Source of the DNA: Minutocellus sp. GHC0000111
Taxonomy: Eukaryota
Reading direction: 5' to 3'
Assembly (NCBI GenBank): GCA_977018835.1
Contig: OZ361258.1
Location: 248,001 to 312,000 of the forward strand
Length of the DNA stretch: 64,000 nucleotides
The translations under genes were made by a program, and so were the position numbers. The first letter of the stretch is position 1. Each line of letters opens with the position of its first letter. A model generated the notes under the pieces. The model worked only from the letters and a program-made list of their open reading frames with translations. It made no database searches and had not been told where the DNA came from. Positions 49,620 to 61,913 of this stretch are shown here, piece after piece.

Positions 49620-51688
49620 CTATGCTACCGGTAAACGTTTAGATCTGCTGATTGGGGACAGCCGAGGGCAATAACAACACTGCTGGCAAGCACAATAAGG
49701 TCCTCCCCTTTGTCCGCTCTCATAGTTGCCAAATATATCGTACTTTTTCAGCATCACCCTCCAAGCCAGGGCATTGAACGCCGTGAGCCAAGCCCATGCC
49801 GCAACAAATAGAATAAAGGATGGAAAGACATTAAAATACATGATGAAGCAGTCTGCCGTGTCGTCAAGATCGAATGCACTGATGAGCCGAGCTACAAATG
49901 TTTGGGCCTCAATAGAGCTGCATGTAGCTTTTGGGACTGTTGCACCGGTGAGGGAAGGCAGTTCAAACATGAGCAATATTATGCAAATGAAGAATGGTTC
50001 CCAGCCAATGAAGCCGCCGGCTGTATTACTCCAATGTGCAAGCCGAATATGCCATGCAGGTGACAAAGGAAAAATACCGAGGGTTGTCAATAGCACCGAC
50101 CGAAGTATTGGCGCACCGAGCATGAAGAAACCGTATAAGACTGTAAACGTCCAGCCATATCCCGATCCATCGTTGACATTTTCAACGCAATCAATTATCG
50201 AAAAGTACAAGTTGACTGCGGAACTTTGGAACAATAAGATTTCTTCAAATAAACCAGCTATCTTCCAGTCAAACATTTCGATGTATAACGCGACAATGGT
50301 GATTGGAATGGTTCCGAAAGTGCAGGCAAGCTTGGCTAGCCTTTTCCATAAACGCCCTGTTTCTAAAAAGAAAAGTATCGCCGGCTTCCTTCCGCGTATT
50401 CCTTCTTTCTCGAGAAAGGCTTTGATTGTTGCTACACCACAGTTTCTCTGCATGGTATCACGCTCCTCGATCTTATCTACAACAATGGAAGCCACAATGG
50501 ATAGAATCACACCAAACGCAAAGGAAATGAATGCGGGATAGGCTTGAACCTTTGTATCAACCTCGATAATACCGTCCATTGAAATGGAGGAGAGGAGATT
50601 CAGTCTTCCAGACTTGGCAAAGGTGAGAACCTTTGCAAACAACATTGACACACCCTTATCTATCGCCGCTTCTTCGACACCCGCTGCTATGGCATCATTG
50701 AAAATAATACTGTTCACAATGCACTCGCACCGAGAGCATTCTTCGTCGCGTATGCGCAGACACTTGGTCATTATGCCAGCCAGACCTCCTCTCACTTCGG
50801 TGGGCTCATAGAACGGTGTCTCGGAGCAGTCGGTGCTGTAGAACGATCCACACCCCTTCTGGAGCAATGATTCGTAGAGCTCTGGATCATCATTCTCGAA
50901 TATGGATTGCGACAGGCTATCAATCTCCTCGTATGCCATTTCATCCACCTGATTTACCAGCGACTGTGTTATATTGGATAGCATTCCGTCTGTTCCATTG
51001 TTCCATTGACAATTATAGGTACAACATCTTGGATGAGCGCCGCCGCATCCGAGGTGAGAGTCCCCACGTCCATTGTGACAGTCAAATTGAGAAGCATAAA
51101 GATCATACAAGTCGCGCATATATCTGCAAGGCTTAATTTTCCCATACTCCCAAGCCAGTACAAGGCTGATCGACGCGGTATCGATGGCGTAGGGAGATAA
51201 AAGTATAGATGCAGGAGAAAGAGTTTCAGATGTGGCCACACTGCACTAAACAGAATCAGTAGGACGGCGGTAAACCTTGTTATAGGATAAGGCTGAATCC
51301 ATAGCTCGTAGACCATATCACCGTAGCTGAAGGAATCGATGAGGACCGAGGAATTGGAAGCAACGTTTGCGGGCGAACTTACATTGTTTGATCCAAATAT
51401 GGGTGATGTGATTATTGTACCCAAAGTAGAATTGATGGAGACCGTCACATTGATAGAGTCAACGGCAAAGAAACCCCACAATTCGCCCAACTGGCCCCAA
51501 ACCAGCAGCGCATGAGATAGGACGATGATAAAACTGACCGAGATGGCTACATTCTTTCCTGCCGTCGAAAACAGGCTGTAGCGGGTTGATGAGTCACCAG
51601 CGGTGCTGGATTCGCAATCGAAGCACTCTTTGGTATCGTCTACGTCTGCCAGCTCCCGCGTTGGTACAGACTGACTAGCAGTACCCAT
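49620..51688 (-). CDS. PqiA (paraquat-inducible protein A)-like multi-pass membrane protein; frameshifted by an 8-bp duplication
   Basis: FSYGDMVYELW...AVLLILFSAVWPHLKL...LGSMGKLSLADI plus a second hydrophobic half. Removing one aatggaac copy (~50993-51008) joins the two ORFs as VNGTDGMLSN. Confidence 0.7.
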
Positions 51689-52107
51689 AGCACTGTTCGA
51701 AGCGGTCGCCACTTTGCACCTCCTGCGTGGGCGCTTCGGATAATCGAGTGGAGAAGCAAAGGAGGCGCGAGTACGATCGTGCCTGCCTCGTATCTTTCTT
51801 TGGCGCCGCGTGAAGTCATTTCAGGCGGGAAAGCATATGGTGGGAGAATTCGGGAATAATCCCCCAGAAGTTACTGAAGCTTGCATCATCCATCCATAGC
51901 TGCCCTGCAGCCCCCGCTTGCCATTTATTTGCTCAATTTATAAAGGCGAATACACACATAACCGACCACATACAGCGTGTTGCGCCCCTAAGTATGTGAT
52001 CCCGGCACTAGAGACGATACCATCATCATCGAGGCACAGATACATCAAAAATAAATCAATACGCATCACGCATACTACGTAGGTACATGTAAGCTACATG
52101 TAGTAGC

Positions 52108-53130
52108 TCAAGCCCAGGACCAGTTCTGGCTTGCATCACCGGTGCAAAATTTAAGCTTCACCTTGTCTCCTTTGCTGGGCAGGCTGCTGGAATACAAAAC
52201 ACAAAGGTCTGGATCGCGAGATGTAATGGGGGCAGCAGTCCCACTAAACCTGAATCTCTGCTTGCGCTTGTCCTTACAATTTGTTAGCTTGATACTGGAC
52301 CCCTCGGTGATGGCTTTTGGATGCCAACTAAGATTGGACACAAACAAGCAGAAATATGGGGATGAGTGATGTACGACACAGTTTGAAGAAAGGTTGGTCA
52401 CAATGCGACATCGCCTGAATGACTTTTAAAGAACTCACCACAAGGCTTCATCATCGTACTGCACTTTGGTTTTGAAGCGTCTCTTTCCATCCATCTTCCA
52501 CCTCATGTTATCATTGCTCTCGTCACAATCAGCAAGCTTTAAGATTTTCCCTGGTATCGGCGTACCACCGGCGATGCCTACACAAAGACTACTATCCTCG
52601 TCGAGGCTGAGTAGCTTGAATTCGTCGTCTCCCGTCGAACCGCTATTCTCTGCCGCTCCACTATTCTCTTCTTTAGGTGGTGCTGGGCATTTGTTTGGGT
52701 CGGTATCGCCACATCCCGTCCTTCCGCATCCAGGCTTGCCGCAGAACTCTCTACCGGCAATTCTACTAAACCAGGCGCAGTTGCCGTTTCCATCTGATAA
52801 GGGAGTTGCGGTACATGTTCCACAGTCCGTCGAGGCCGAGCAAATGGCGGCATCAGCTCTTGCTTTGTCGGCTCGGGCGCATACTCCTTCGGCCGTCTCG
52901 GGATTTGTGATGGAAGGACCTTTTGAGTAGCAAGGAATGTCGGCGATGACGCAGCTTCCAAAACATCCGGCACCATCATACCACGATCCGCAAAATGGGT
53001 CTCTCAGGCAGTCCAGGCAACTGCCATCGTGCTGGGGGCATTCCGTTATCCCTTGTCCGTGACATAGATGTGTGCTGCTGGACAGCATGGCCAGTGACAG
53101 TATAAGAGAAGGAAAAGAAGCGGTCTTCAT
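52108..53130 (-). CDS. Secreted protein: 1 PSI-like module plus ricin-B-like lectin, 2 exons; paralogue of 47601-48979
   Basis: LCVGIAGGTPIPGKILKLADCDESNDNMRWKMD is nearly identical to the paralogue. Intron 52328-52438 sits at the same TG|T position. Confidence 0.85.
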
Positions 53131-53782
53131 CTTTTTGATTGAGTTGTAAAGTCGATGGTTTAGGGTTCTCGTCGTTTTCTGCTGGCAAAATAGTTTTGCG
53201 TTCGCTCTGGAAATGATTTCGATTTCAATTATCCCAGAGAAAGTCAAAGTAGCTTTGAACTTTTGCTATTCGCTTGCCTACGATTGTGTTGAATCTTCAG
53301 TCTATTGGGGACTGCTGGTCATGCAAGATTGATTGTTATTGATGTAATGGCGCCTTCGAAGAATGGCCGGAAGATGCTGAAGACCGTTGGTACGATCGGG
53401 TTGTTCGTCATGGCAACTTATCAAATCAAAACAAATGAAACCAGATGGCCAGCGCGGCAAGATTTTTAGGGTTACTGGTAATACTGTTTAGGAAGGAATT
53501 TGCCCGCCCGCCGGCGACACATTCCGCCGCCTTCTTCTCACGGGGCCGGGGGTGGGATGGTGATGGAATACTCGTAAGGGGTCGTCTAATGAATATTCGT
53601 ATACAGTATACAATTACATGTATGTTCTACAATATGATCTTCTTATCTAATTCTCTAAAATTCAGATACTTGTAGCTGACGGGCTGGGCATTGTATTACA
53701 CAGTCAAAAATGAGTGGTAGAGGCAAGCAGCGGCGGCAGCAGGCAGCATAGAAGGACCGATCACCAACTGTTTTGTTGCGTC

Positions 53783-54652
53783 TTACTTTCTTCCTCTCAA
53801 TCGATCTTTCTTGCCCTTCTTCTTTTTCTCTTTCTTACCCTTCTTTTCCTCTATCTTGGCATCCACCTTTTTGACGGGCATTATGATAGTCTTATCATCA
53901 AGTTCAGTTTCTTCGGAGGGCGAGCTTCTGGCTACTGCTCTCATGCACGCAGTTGAGGCGAACTCGTTGCCCTCCCGCTTGTAGCACGACATATCATTAG
54001 CCATGCAGTCGGCGGAGCATCCGTTGCCTAGGGACCAACTTCCGCAGGCCGGGTCATTCATACATCCAAGACAGATCTTGTGCGAGGAGCAATCCTTCTT
54101 TTCGATGACAACATTCGCTTCTTGTGCTGGTGGTGCTGAATCCTCTTCAATGTCATTATTATCTTCCACTTTCGGCGCCGGGCACGTGGTGTCACCACAC
54201 TCCCTCGCAGGTAATAGCGCACAGCCGGGACGGCCACAGTATCCACCCTCCTTGTACCACGCACAGCTGCCAACGCCGTTCGACAGGGTCGTACCGGTAC
54301 AGCTTCCACAGTCCGTCTCCTTCGAGCAAATGGCATCGTTGGCCTGGTCCGCATCGGCCCTGGCGCATACATCTTCTTTTGTCTCGTCGTTTCCGTAGAA
54401 AGCAAGGGAAATGGAAGGGCTTAATCGATAGCATGGACTTCCGTCGACGCTCGCGCAGCCATCACTGCATCCACCGGCGTTGTTCCACGAACCGCAGAAT
54501 GGATCTCGCAAGCAGTCCAAGCATGATGTGCGTGTTGGACATAGCCGAGGGCCATGCTGTGGCTCCTCGGGTTTCTCGCCGTGGCACAAATATGCACCGC
54601 TGGCCAATAGAGAGAGTGTCAGTGAAATTGCAGGGGATGAGGTGATCTTCAT
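53783..54652 (-). CDS. Secreted PSI-like Cys-rich protein with Lys-rich tail
   Basis: Signal peptide MKITSSPAISLTLSLLASGAYLCHG, CLDCLRDPFCGSW module, ends EEKKGKKEKKKKGKKDRLRGRK*. Confidence 0.85.
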   Translation of the reverse strand: MKITSSPAISLTLSLLASGAYLCHGEKPEEPQHGPRLCPTRTSCLDCLRDPFCGSWNNAGGCSDGCASVDGSPCYRLSPSISLAFYGNDETKEDVCARADADQANDAICSKETDCGSCTGTTLSNGVGSCAWYKEGGYCGRPGCALLPARECGDTTCPAPKVEDNNDIEEDSAPPAQEANVVIEKKDCSSHKICLGCMNDPACGSWSLGNGCSADCMANDMSCYKREGNEFASTACMRAVARSSPSEETELDDKTIIMPVKKVDAKIEEKKGKKEKKKKGKKDRLRGRK

Positions 54653-56138
54653 GTTTGTCTGCCCGTTCGTTCTTTCGGTGACAGGTTGAATTGAATTGCT
54701 TTCGAATAAATAAGTGAAAGTGAAAGTAGCAATGTTCTTTTACTGATGCGATCGAATCGGATTTCACTGCGATGTGCAAAAATTTGAAAGAGAGCTAAGC
54801 TATTATTCCCTTCGTGGGACCGAGCAATCAAGTGGAAGATGGTAGAGATGCATGGCACGAACATTCCTCGCCATGGAAGCAAACTAAACGACTTCGAATA
54901 AAACCAGTACGAAACGTGTGTTTTGGATTTGGCGCCTTCCGCCAGCACGATTGGTCAGAAATTAGGTCTTTGGTATCACTTTAGATCTCTACGCCCGTCT
55001 GCCTGCTCCCCGCTTTTCGTGGTGGTGTCGTCCCGCGAAGTATAGCTTAGATCTATCTAATAGAACCCTATTCGAAAATAGGTAGCCGCACTTGCATTAG
55101 CAAGAGCACACATCATAATTTCATATAAACATAAAAAGGTTGTAAATCACATGGTATCAATAGGATCAACTCACAAGTCTCGATCTCGCCAAGCATCAGG
55201 GTTGTTGGCTGGAGAACAAATCCTTCGAAAGTAGCTGCCAGATTAAGTCTGGCTGACCTGCTCCTTGTAGTTCTTCTCGGTACGGGTACTTCTGTGTCTT
55301 CGTCGACGGATGCTATTACTGCAGCTACTGTAGCATTAGTAAGAGCATTTATCATCGGAGACATGGTAGCACGCTCGACACTCTGAGTCGAACGGGGAGA
55401 CAGTTCATTGACGGCTACTTCAACATCTTCAGCAGTGAACGGCTCTGTGATGATGTCATCGTTGTCGGTGAGGAGGGAGCATTGGACATAGGTAGGTCCA
55501 TGGCGAAAATTGCAGCTCTCGCTTTTTGATTCTCTTCCTTTCCACTCTTTGGGTTGATGGGTCTAATTTCAGGATCCAATGTTTGCACTATTTCATCAAG
55601 AAAAGGAGGTGAGCGGTAAAAGAACTGGCGGACTCATCCAGTTTCTTCGGTTATGACAATAGCTTTTCTGGCTTATCTCGGCCGGACTAGATCTACACAT
55701 GTAGATCTACATCTTTCAATGAATTGGAGAAACTTACATGTGCATGTGTTTGGCATTGCAAGAAAAACTCAAGACAAGTGGTGCCGTTGATCCAAAGTAT
55801 ATGTATTTTATCACGGAAAATATGTTGAAGAGAGATGAATGCCTTTGGGCTATCGGGGGGAGAGTCAAAATGGACGTCACTTTAACAAGATACATGTATG
55901 TCCTGTTGGAACAAAATGTTCGATGATCCTTATTCGAACGATGTTCCTCTTGGTAGGTCTAAGCATGCACTGACATTGACTACTTCTCAGCGCCTTGTTG
56001 GCATGGGGCATCTTTCGTCATTGTTGATCCTAGTGCGGAGGCGTCGCTTCACGAAACAGATCTAGTGACCTACCAGTGGCCAATGGAAATATAAACAAAT
56101 GCCGGAAGTCAAAATCACGTGTATAGCTCACATTACCA

Positions 56139-56591
56139 TCATAACTGATTCATAAAGTGCAAAACGAACGCCCCAACAATGGCGGCAATCACAACCGCTA
56201 CCACGACCAATATGCCTCTGACATTGGGAACAAATTCGCCATTTTCTAATCGATGCATGTTGCTAAAGTACCGCTCAGTCGAACTGATCAGACACACCAC
56301 TCCCAATACCGCTACGAGATATCCCGCCGAATTGCTCACGGCATCCCACTTGAGTAATCCCAAACTGGCTCCGATGAGGGCCAAGGATGTGCGCATCCAC
56401 GCCAAATAGGTCCGCTCGTTGGCAAAATGATCCCGCGCAGTGGAGCCCTTGTTTTGCAGCACGGCACCGTCAACCAAGAGTGATTTGATGGACGGCAAAC
56501 GATATGTCGACGCCGGTGACCGCTCGGCTGCCAAAGAAGTCGAAGCTGCGTTTATTGGGAGCAAAGAGGTGCCTTCTCCTGCTGCTGGCAT
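56139..56591 (-). CDS. DUF202 (YidH/Vtc1-like) three-TM membrane protein
   Basis: Signature GSTARDHFANERTYLAWMRTSL followed by three hydrophobic helices. Confidence 0.9.
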   Translation of the reverse strand: MPAAGEGTSLLPINAASTSLAAERSPASTYRLPSIKSLLVDGAVLQNKGSTARDHFANERTYLAWMRTSLALIGASLGLLKWDAVSNSAGYLVAVLGVVCLISSTERYFSNMHRLENGEFVPNVRGILVVVAVVIAAIVGAFVLHFMNQL

Positions 56592-56822
56592 TTTATTTAG
56601 TGCAAGTTCCTCCTTGGAGACCGGAGTGGTGCATGTTTATTATGCCTGCCTCGTTTGGCGCCTCGTTTGCGACATGACGGCTCTCATTTCTCTGTGGCGG
56701 TTTGCGGGAAGGCATGGCAGACTCGCACTGCCGCGACAAAATTCGAAATTCGCGCCACCACGTCGTTTGTTGCCCATGACTGGCCTGCTCTTCCGGCACT
56801 GAGCCGAGCAGCCACGCACTCG

Positions 56823-56925
56823 AACCAAAGATATCTGTTGGTTGAAGCTCGTAGTTAGATATTCCATTCACTCAAACCAAAGATATCTGTTGGTTGAAGC
56901 TCGTAGTTAGATATTCCATTCACTC
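56823..56925. repeat. 52-bp-period tandem duplication in the divergent intergenic region
   Basis: aaccaaagatatctgttggttgaagctcgtagttagatattccattcactc x2. Confidence 0.9.
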
Positions 56926-56940
56926 TGCGACAACAGTGCC

Positions 56941-58229
56941 ATGAAACGTGCTCGTCTGGAATCTTCGCCGCCACCTCGCTCCTTGTGACGGGCGGCTCGC
57001 AGGCCTTCCAAATACCAATGGTAAACCGAGCACAACTTGTACGACGTAGCAGCGCTACAATTGCACCTCCCCACCAATCTCTTACGGCCCTGCAATCCAC
57101 AACGATGGACCAGACCAATGCCAACGGAGAACGGTATGATTACGACGAGCTGATGGACAGCGAGATGGAGCAGGCTAGACTGTCCAACCAGTACGCGCAC
57201 TTCGGCCACAACGATTGGCTGGCCCATCGCGCCAGCGACCGCTTTTTCAGCAACCTGTTCAAATTTGACCAATCTCCCATCATCAAGAATCTGCTCGATG
57301 AGGCGGCCATTCTGGCATTGATTTCGTTTGGCATCATTGCATGGAATGAGCTGCTGGTCGATGGATACACCGATATCAACGAGGTCCACCATGCCGCACC
57401 GCTGGCCGATGTGCTGCCGTCGTTTCTGACGTTCAAATTTTCCTTGCCCATCGACCCGTTCTTGCTATGCGGTGGTCCATTGGGCTTGCTGTTGGTGTTT
57501 CGCAACGATTGCTCCTTTGGCAGGTACAAGGACGCCTTCCATCACATGGAGGTGGCCATGTCGTCCCTGTCCAACATGCAGCTCATGGCCAGCAATGCCT
57601 CCAAGAACATCGAGGGCGTCAAGGCCATGGGCGTGGCGTCGTGGGCGCTGTATCGGACTCTGCAGCACGAGGTCAGCGGTGCGTTCGATCCGGTGGACAA
57701 GTACGAAAAGGATCTGCGGGCGAATGTTCCGGACCAAGCTGCCGTGGACAAGCTTCTGAGCGCTCGGTCCAAACTGTACCGAGCGCAGTACGATGTGCAT
57801 CGGGCGGTCGACGTGTTCTCGGACGAGGTTACCAATCTCGATAAGAGGACGTTGATCAACAACCTCAACTCTGTGGCAACTGCCTGTGCCGAGTGCGAGC
57901 GGCTGTATGCCACCCCCATCCCGTTGCTATACACCCGACACGCTCTCAAGTTTCTCACCTTCTGGATCAGTCTGATGCCATTTGCATTTTACGACGTCTT
58001 TGCCTCGTCGTGGAATCACATACTCATGGTGCCGGCAATTTGCATCATTTGCTTCCTGTTCTTTGGTATCGAGGATATTGCGGTTTCGTTGGAAGAACCC
58101 TTTAGTATTTTGCCATTGGACGAGATGGTAGAAGAGCTGCAGATGAACATTGAGGATACCAACCAATGGATGAAGGAGGAGCTAGATGCTACTGATGAGG
58201 AGAGCAATAAGAAGAAGCGACGTTGGTGA
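56941..58229 (+). CDS. Bestrophin-like (UPF0187/BST-type) anion channel, probably plastid/thylakoid
   Basis: LGLLLVFRN...GRY, CERLYATPIPLLYTRH, FGIEDIAVSLEEPF, and presequence ...IFAATSLLVTGGSQA-F. ATG 56941 is 1 nt out of frame with this. Confidence 0.85.
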
Positions 58230-58402
58230 GGCAAAAGAGCACCATATCACTTATTATGCACTTGCTTTATCATTTTTTTGGAAAGAACACAAGTAGTTGT
58301 GCTACAAATCGCCGCTACAGATGTTGCCTTGATATCGAATATTTTGCTCCAAGTAAAAGTGATTTGTAATTTGTATTACTTTTACGTAGATAAATTACAC
58401 CT

Positions 58403-61186
58403 CTACAGGCTATACCCTCCTATTTCTGTAGGCTGTACATGCTCCTCCTCATCCATCCAGGCATATTTCTTGGTTTTGGCAAGACCGGAACTTGTAAGGT
58501 AAGCAATGAATGATGCGGGATCATCTTCTTTCAAATATGTGTCGGGTTCCGATGTGATCTCGCCGTTCTTCCATTTGACTCGGAACAGATACTCACCTTT
58601 TCTCTTTCTGTCCTTGGTGTGACCGCGTATAGAATCAAACCCATATACAATCTCGTCATCTTCAGCAGCCACTTCATCGGTAGCCTGATGCGATGCATCT
58701 ACTTGCGACCGTTCTTTTTCTCTTTCCACTGCGAGCTCATCCTCGTGTTTGTGCTTGCTGGCGTTGAAATGGTTTTTCTCGATGATGATGTCACAGAGCG
58801 CACAATACCTATAGTTTTCTCGGTATATTAGGTTGTTCTGACCTCTACTTCGACAGGCAGCATTTGAACATTTCACTCGCATCCCATGCGCCGCATTTGG
58901 TGGGACTGCAACGTACGCTCTGCCGTGTTCTTGAGGTAGGGATGGATCTTTCAAATGGCAAGGGAAACGTCTTTCCCCATTCGGCATTATTTGGATCTTT
59001 TGTAAAAGAAGGGCCCTTGTGAAATGAGTGCGGCACATGTATCGACGTATCGGACCGCCAGCATTTCGTGTACAGCCAATTACAACACATCGTCTCACTC
59101 CTTTTCTACCAGGCTGAAACTGGGACTGTACTCCTGGGATCTCCTCAAAAATGCCATGTAAGTTGCCAAGCATGCGTCTTGGTCGTCTTTTTGTGCCCTT
59201 GTCTGCTGTTGTGCAGAAATTATCTTCAAGCACGGCACCAACGGCGGTGAAAGCGGCGTTGATGGCTCGGTCCTCGGAGAGTCTCTTTTCTTTGAATTTA
59301 TTCACTAACAAACAATTGGAACAGTACCATTCTCCCTCTGGGACCTCTGTTATTTTCGGGACATCCTTGGTGCAGGTAAGATGCGTGGCCGAATCACATC
59401 CATCACACAACAGCATAGGGACATCGGACGATGGATCTTCGAGTTCGTTACATTCACAGCACAGTGATAGCATATTGGCCCCTTCTTCCTGATTTGTGGA
59501 ATCAGGACGACGAAGCGTATCGGGATTGTGTAGCAAATGGTCACTCAGACCTAGTCCATCAAAAGCGGGCTTTGCCGCTGCTCCATGACAAGTCTCTTCA
59601 TGTCGGCACGCTTCCTCAAAATTTGCGAATTTAACCGATTGGCATTTATCGCACAACCAGTAGCCCTCTTCAGACCCATCTGATCCTATCACTTCCCCTC
59701 TATCAACTACACGTACAGCGGATGTGCTGCTCTTGTCGTAGACCAGACGGCCATCCTTTTCGATGATGCCAATACTTTGGCACCCATCTGCTAGAAACTC
59801 ATGATACTCTTTACCTTTTCTTTTACCTCGCCAGCTTGGAAGATTCTCTCTGAAGGTCTTGATGTGACTGGGCATTTCTTTGCATTGCATGAGGTGCTCG
59901 AGTGAATAGCGAGTTAAGGAAGAAGATATTCCGGAATAATAGTTTGGATAGGTAACCGCGGCAATGGTTCTTGCGGAAAGGGGGAGATGAGCACAATGGA
60001 CGCAGCGCAAACCGACCTGACCTAAAATGATATGGCGGCCTGTTCTCCCTTTCCGATCGGCTACATCTCTGCTGGAGGCTGCAAATCACTCGAGCTGGCG
60101 GTGGACTAGACACCTCATTGGGTTCAGGATATTTTCATCGCCGGGTTGGAAAACGGGTTTGGCAGTGGGATCGTTCAACGGATTACGGGCGCCGTGGTTG
60201 TAGTTGACATCGTTGACGAGCAGTTCGGTATCCAAATTTGTGGCAGGAGAGGTAGGTACTTGAAAGTCCCCTGAACTATGAGTAACGACGGCGATGGAAT
60301 CGGCATCCTCACCGTGATAATGCTCCGGAGCTGCGGGCATAAATACATCACCATCGTTGTCGAAAGGATGATCAACAGCCATTGCACCACCTTGGCTACG
60401 GTCATCATATTCGTCACCGCCGGCCCAAAAATTATCATCATCGTCATTATCATCAATCACCGGAGCTGCCATGCGTCCAGCGTCCTCGTCCGCGTCCTCT
60501 ACCAACTTGCGCACGAGGATATCCAGAGCAGTCTCAGTCTCGTCTTCGTCATCCGATACGACATCTGGCCCGACGTCACCGCGACGGAGGACGTCCAACC
60601 TACCGAGATCCCGAACAATCCTCTGGACGCGCCAGTCGACTGCTGGTGGTGCCGGTTTTGCCTTCTTCTTCTTTCTGAGACGATTTGTTACATCTACATC
60701 TGCGGCCGATTTGGCGCTCGAATTCTTTGTGCCGGCAACATCTTCTCGGGAAGTATCTTCGTCCAGATGATCTGCAGCTCGTTTCCGAGGGGCTACATCG
60801 TTTGGAGCAGCCTGTCTTTGCATTTCCAATTCTGTTTTTCCTTTCCTGATTTGGCTCTTGGCGGCGGCCGGCTTCTTCTTCTTCTTCTTCTTCTTCTTGG
60901 CGGTGCTGCTGGCCTGCTTGAAGATCTTCCACGCCCTGTCCTCGTCGCCCTCCACTATGCTACCTGCCAGGCCGGCGAGGATGTTCTGGAATCGTCGAAC
61001 CTCGGCCGTGCTGCGGAACTTTTTGCCAGTGAGGGGCGAGTACCAGTACCGGTCCCTGTTGCCGGCGGTTTTGGTACCCCTGCTTGCACGCGTCACCTCC
61101 TCCGTCGTCCAACCCTCGCCGACGTCGGGTGCCGGTTTGCGGTTGGCGGCGAAGCGCTGCCGGGGTTCCAATTCCAAATGGGGCAT
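58403..61186 (-). CDS. Chromatin-associated multidomain protein: MBD-like, PHD finger, extra zinc fingers, chromo-like domain; one in-frame stop
   Basis: GWTTEEVTR...DRYWYSPLTGKKFRSTAEV (MBD-like); CCECN...LLCDGCDSATHLTC...PEGEWYCSNC (PHD); SIRGH...YLFRVKWKNGEITSEP (chromo-like). TGA 60086-60088 is in frame with the downstream ORF. Confidence 0.8.
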
Positions 61187-61913
61187 GACCAGCGCCTTTG
61201 TGCTTTTGACTATGCTATCAACACTTCCCTTTTGACTCGAGACCAAAAAAAGGAATTGCGCTAGCCGGGAATCGCACCCGGGGCTCATGAATGCTCCATA
61301 ATAAGGCGGGATACCGCGAAGCGGTCCGGCTCCTTGCTGTTATGTTGGGAATCATGAATTTTACTACTAAACCACTAGCGCTTGAACGGAAACCACTAAA
61401 CTGCAAAACCAAGTCAAGGCAGTGGACTTCAATTTTTCAGCGCTACGTGCGAACATTGAAATATATAGAGGCTGCAATATAAAAAAGAGAGACCATCACA
61501 AAGCGCACACGCAAGCCGAGCGCATCAGCGCGGCAGCAGCAGGCAGCAGCAGCCGGTGGTCATCGCCTTTCACTACTCGTACAAAGGGCGTTGCATCAAC
61601 CATTAGCTGGCACCGGTATCTTTTGGACTTTGGTTGCGATTTGGAGATTCCGGCACATCCCGTGCTGGCTTTTTTGCTTTTGTGTCTGCTGAGCGGGGAG
61701 GTCTTTGCATTTGGCGCGCCCGCCACACAGCAGCAGCCAGAGCAGCAGCACAGCATAAGACCCACCGCCGCGCCGAGAGCTGCCGGTGCCAGAAACAAGA
61801 TCGTCCGCTGCTAGCATTATTGGAGCGAGAGCCCCGCCTGGCCCGGATCGCATCCAAATCGAGGCTGCATTTTTGGTTGTTGTTTTTTGCTTTGCTTGCG
61901 CCGGAGAGAAAGA

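Noticed and set aside
55113..55490. Short coding-looking stretch (LLTDNDDIITEPF...MSPMINAL) as a gene or transposase relic
   Set aside because: No recognisable motif and its upstream ATG is out of frame; too weak to call.
56823..56925. CRISPR-like array
   Set aside because: Only two abutting copies, no spacers, no cas genes, eukaryotic context.
7017..60088. Stop-codon reassignment, selenocysteine or programmed readthrough as the explanation for the in-frame stops
   Set aside because: All three stop types occur, the implied residues differ (probably Tyr, Gly, Gln, Glu), the same codons end genes normally, and frameshifts co-occur.
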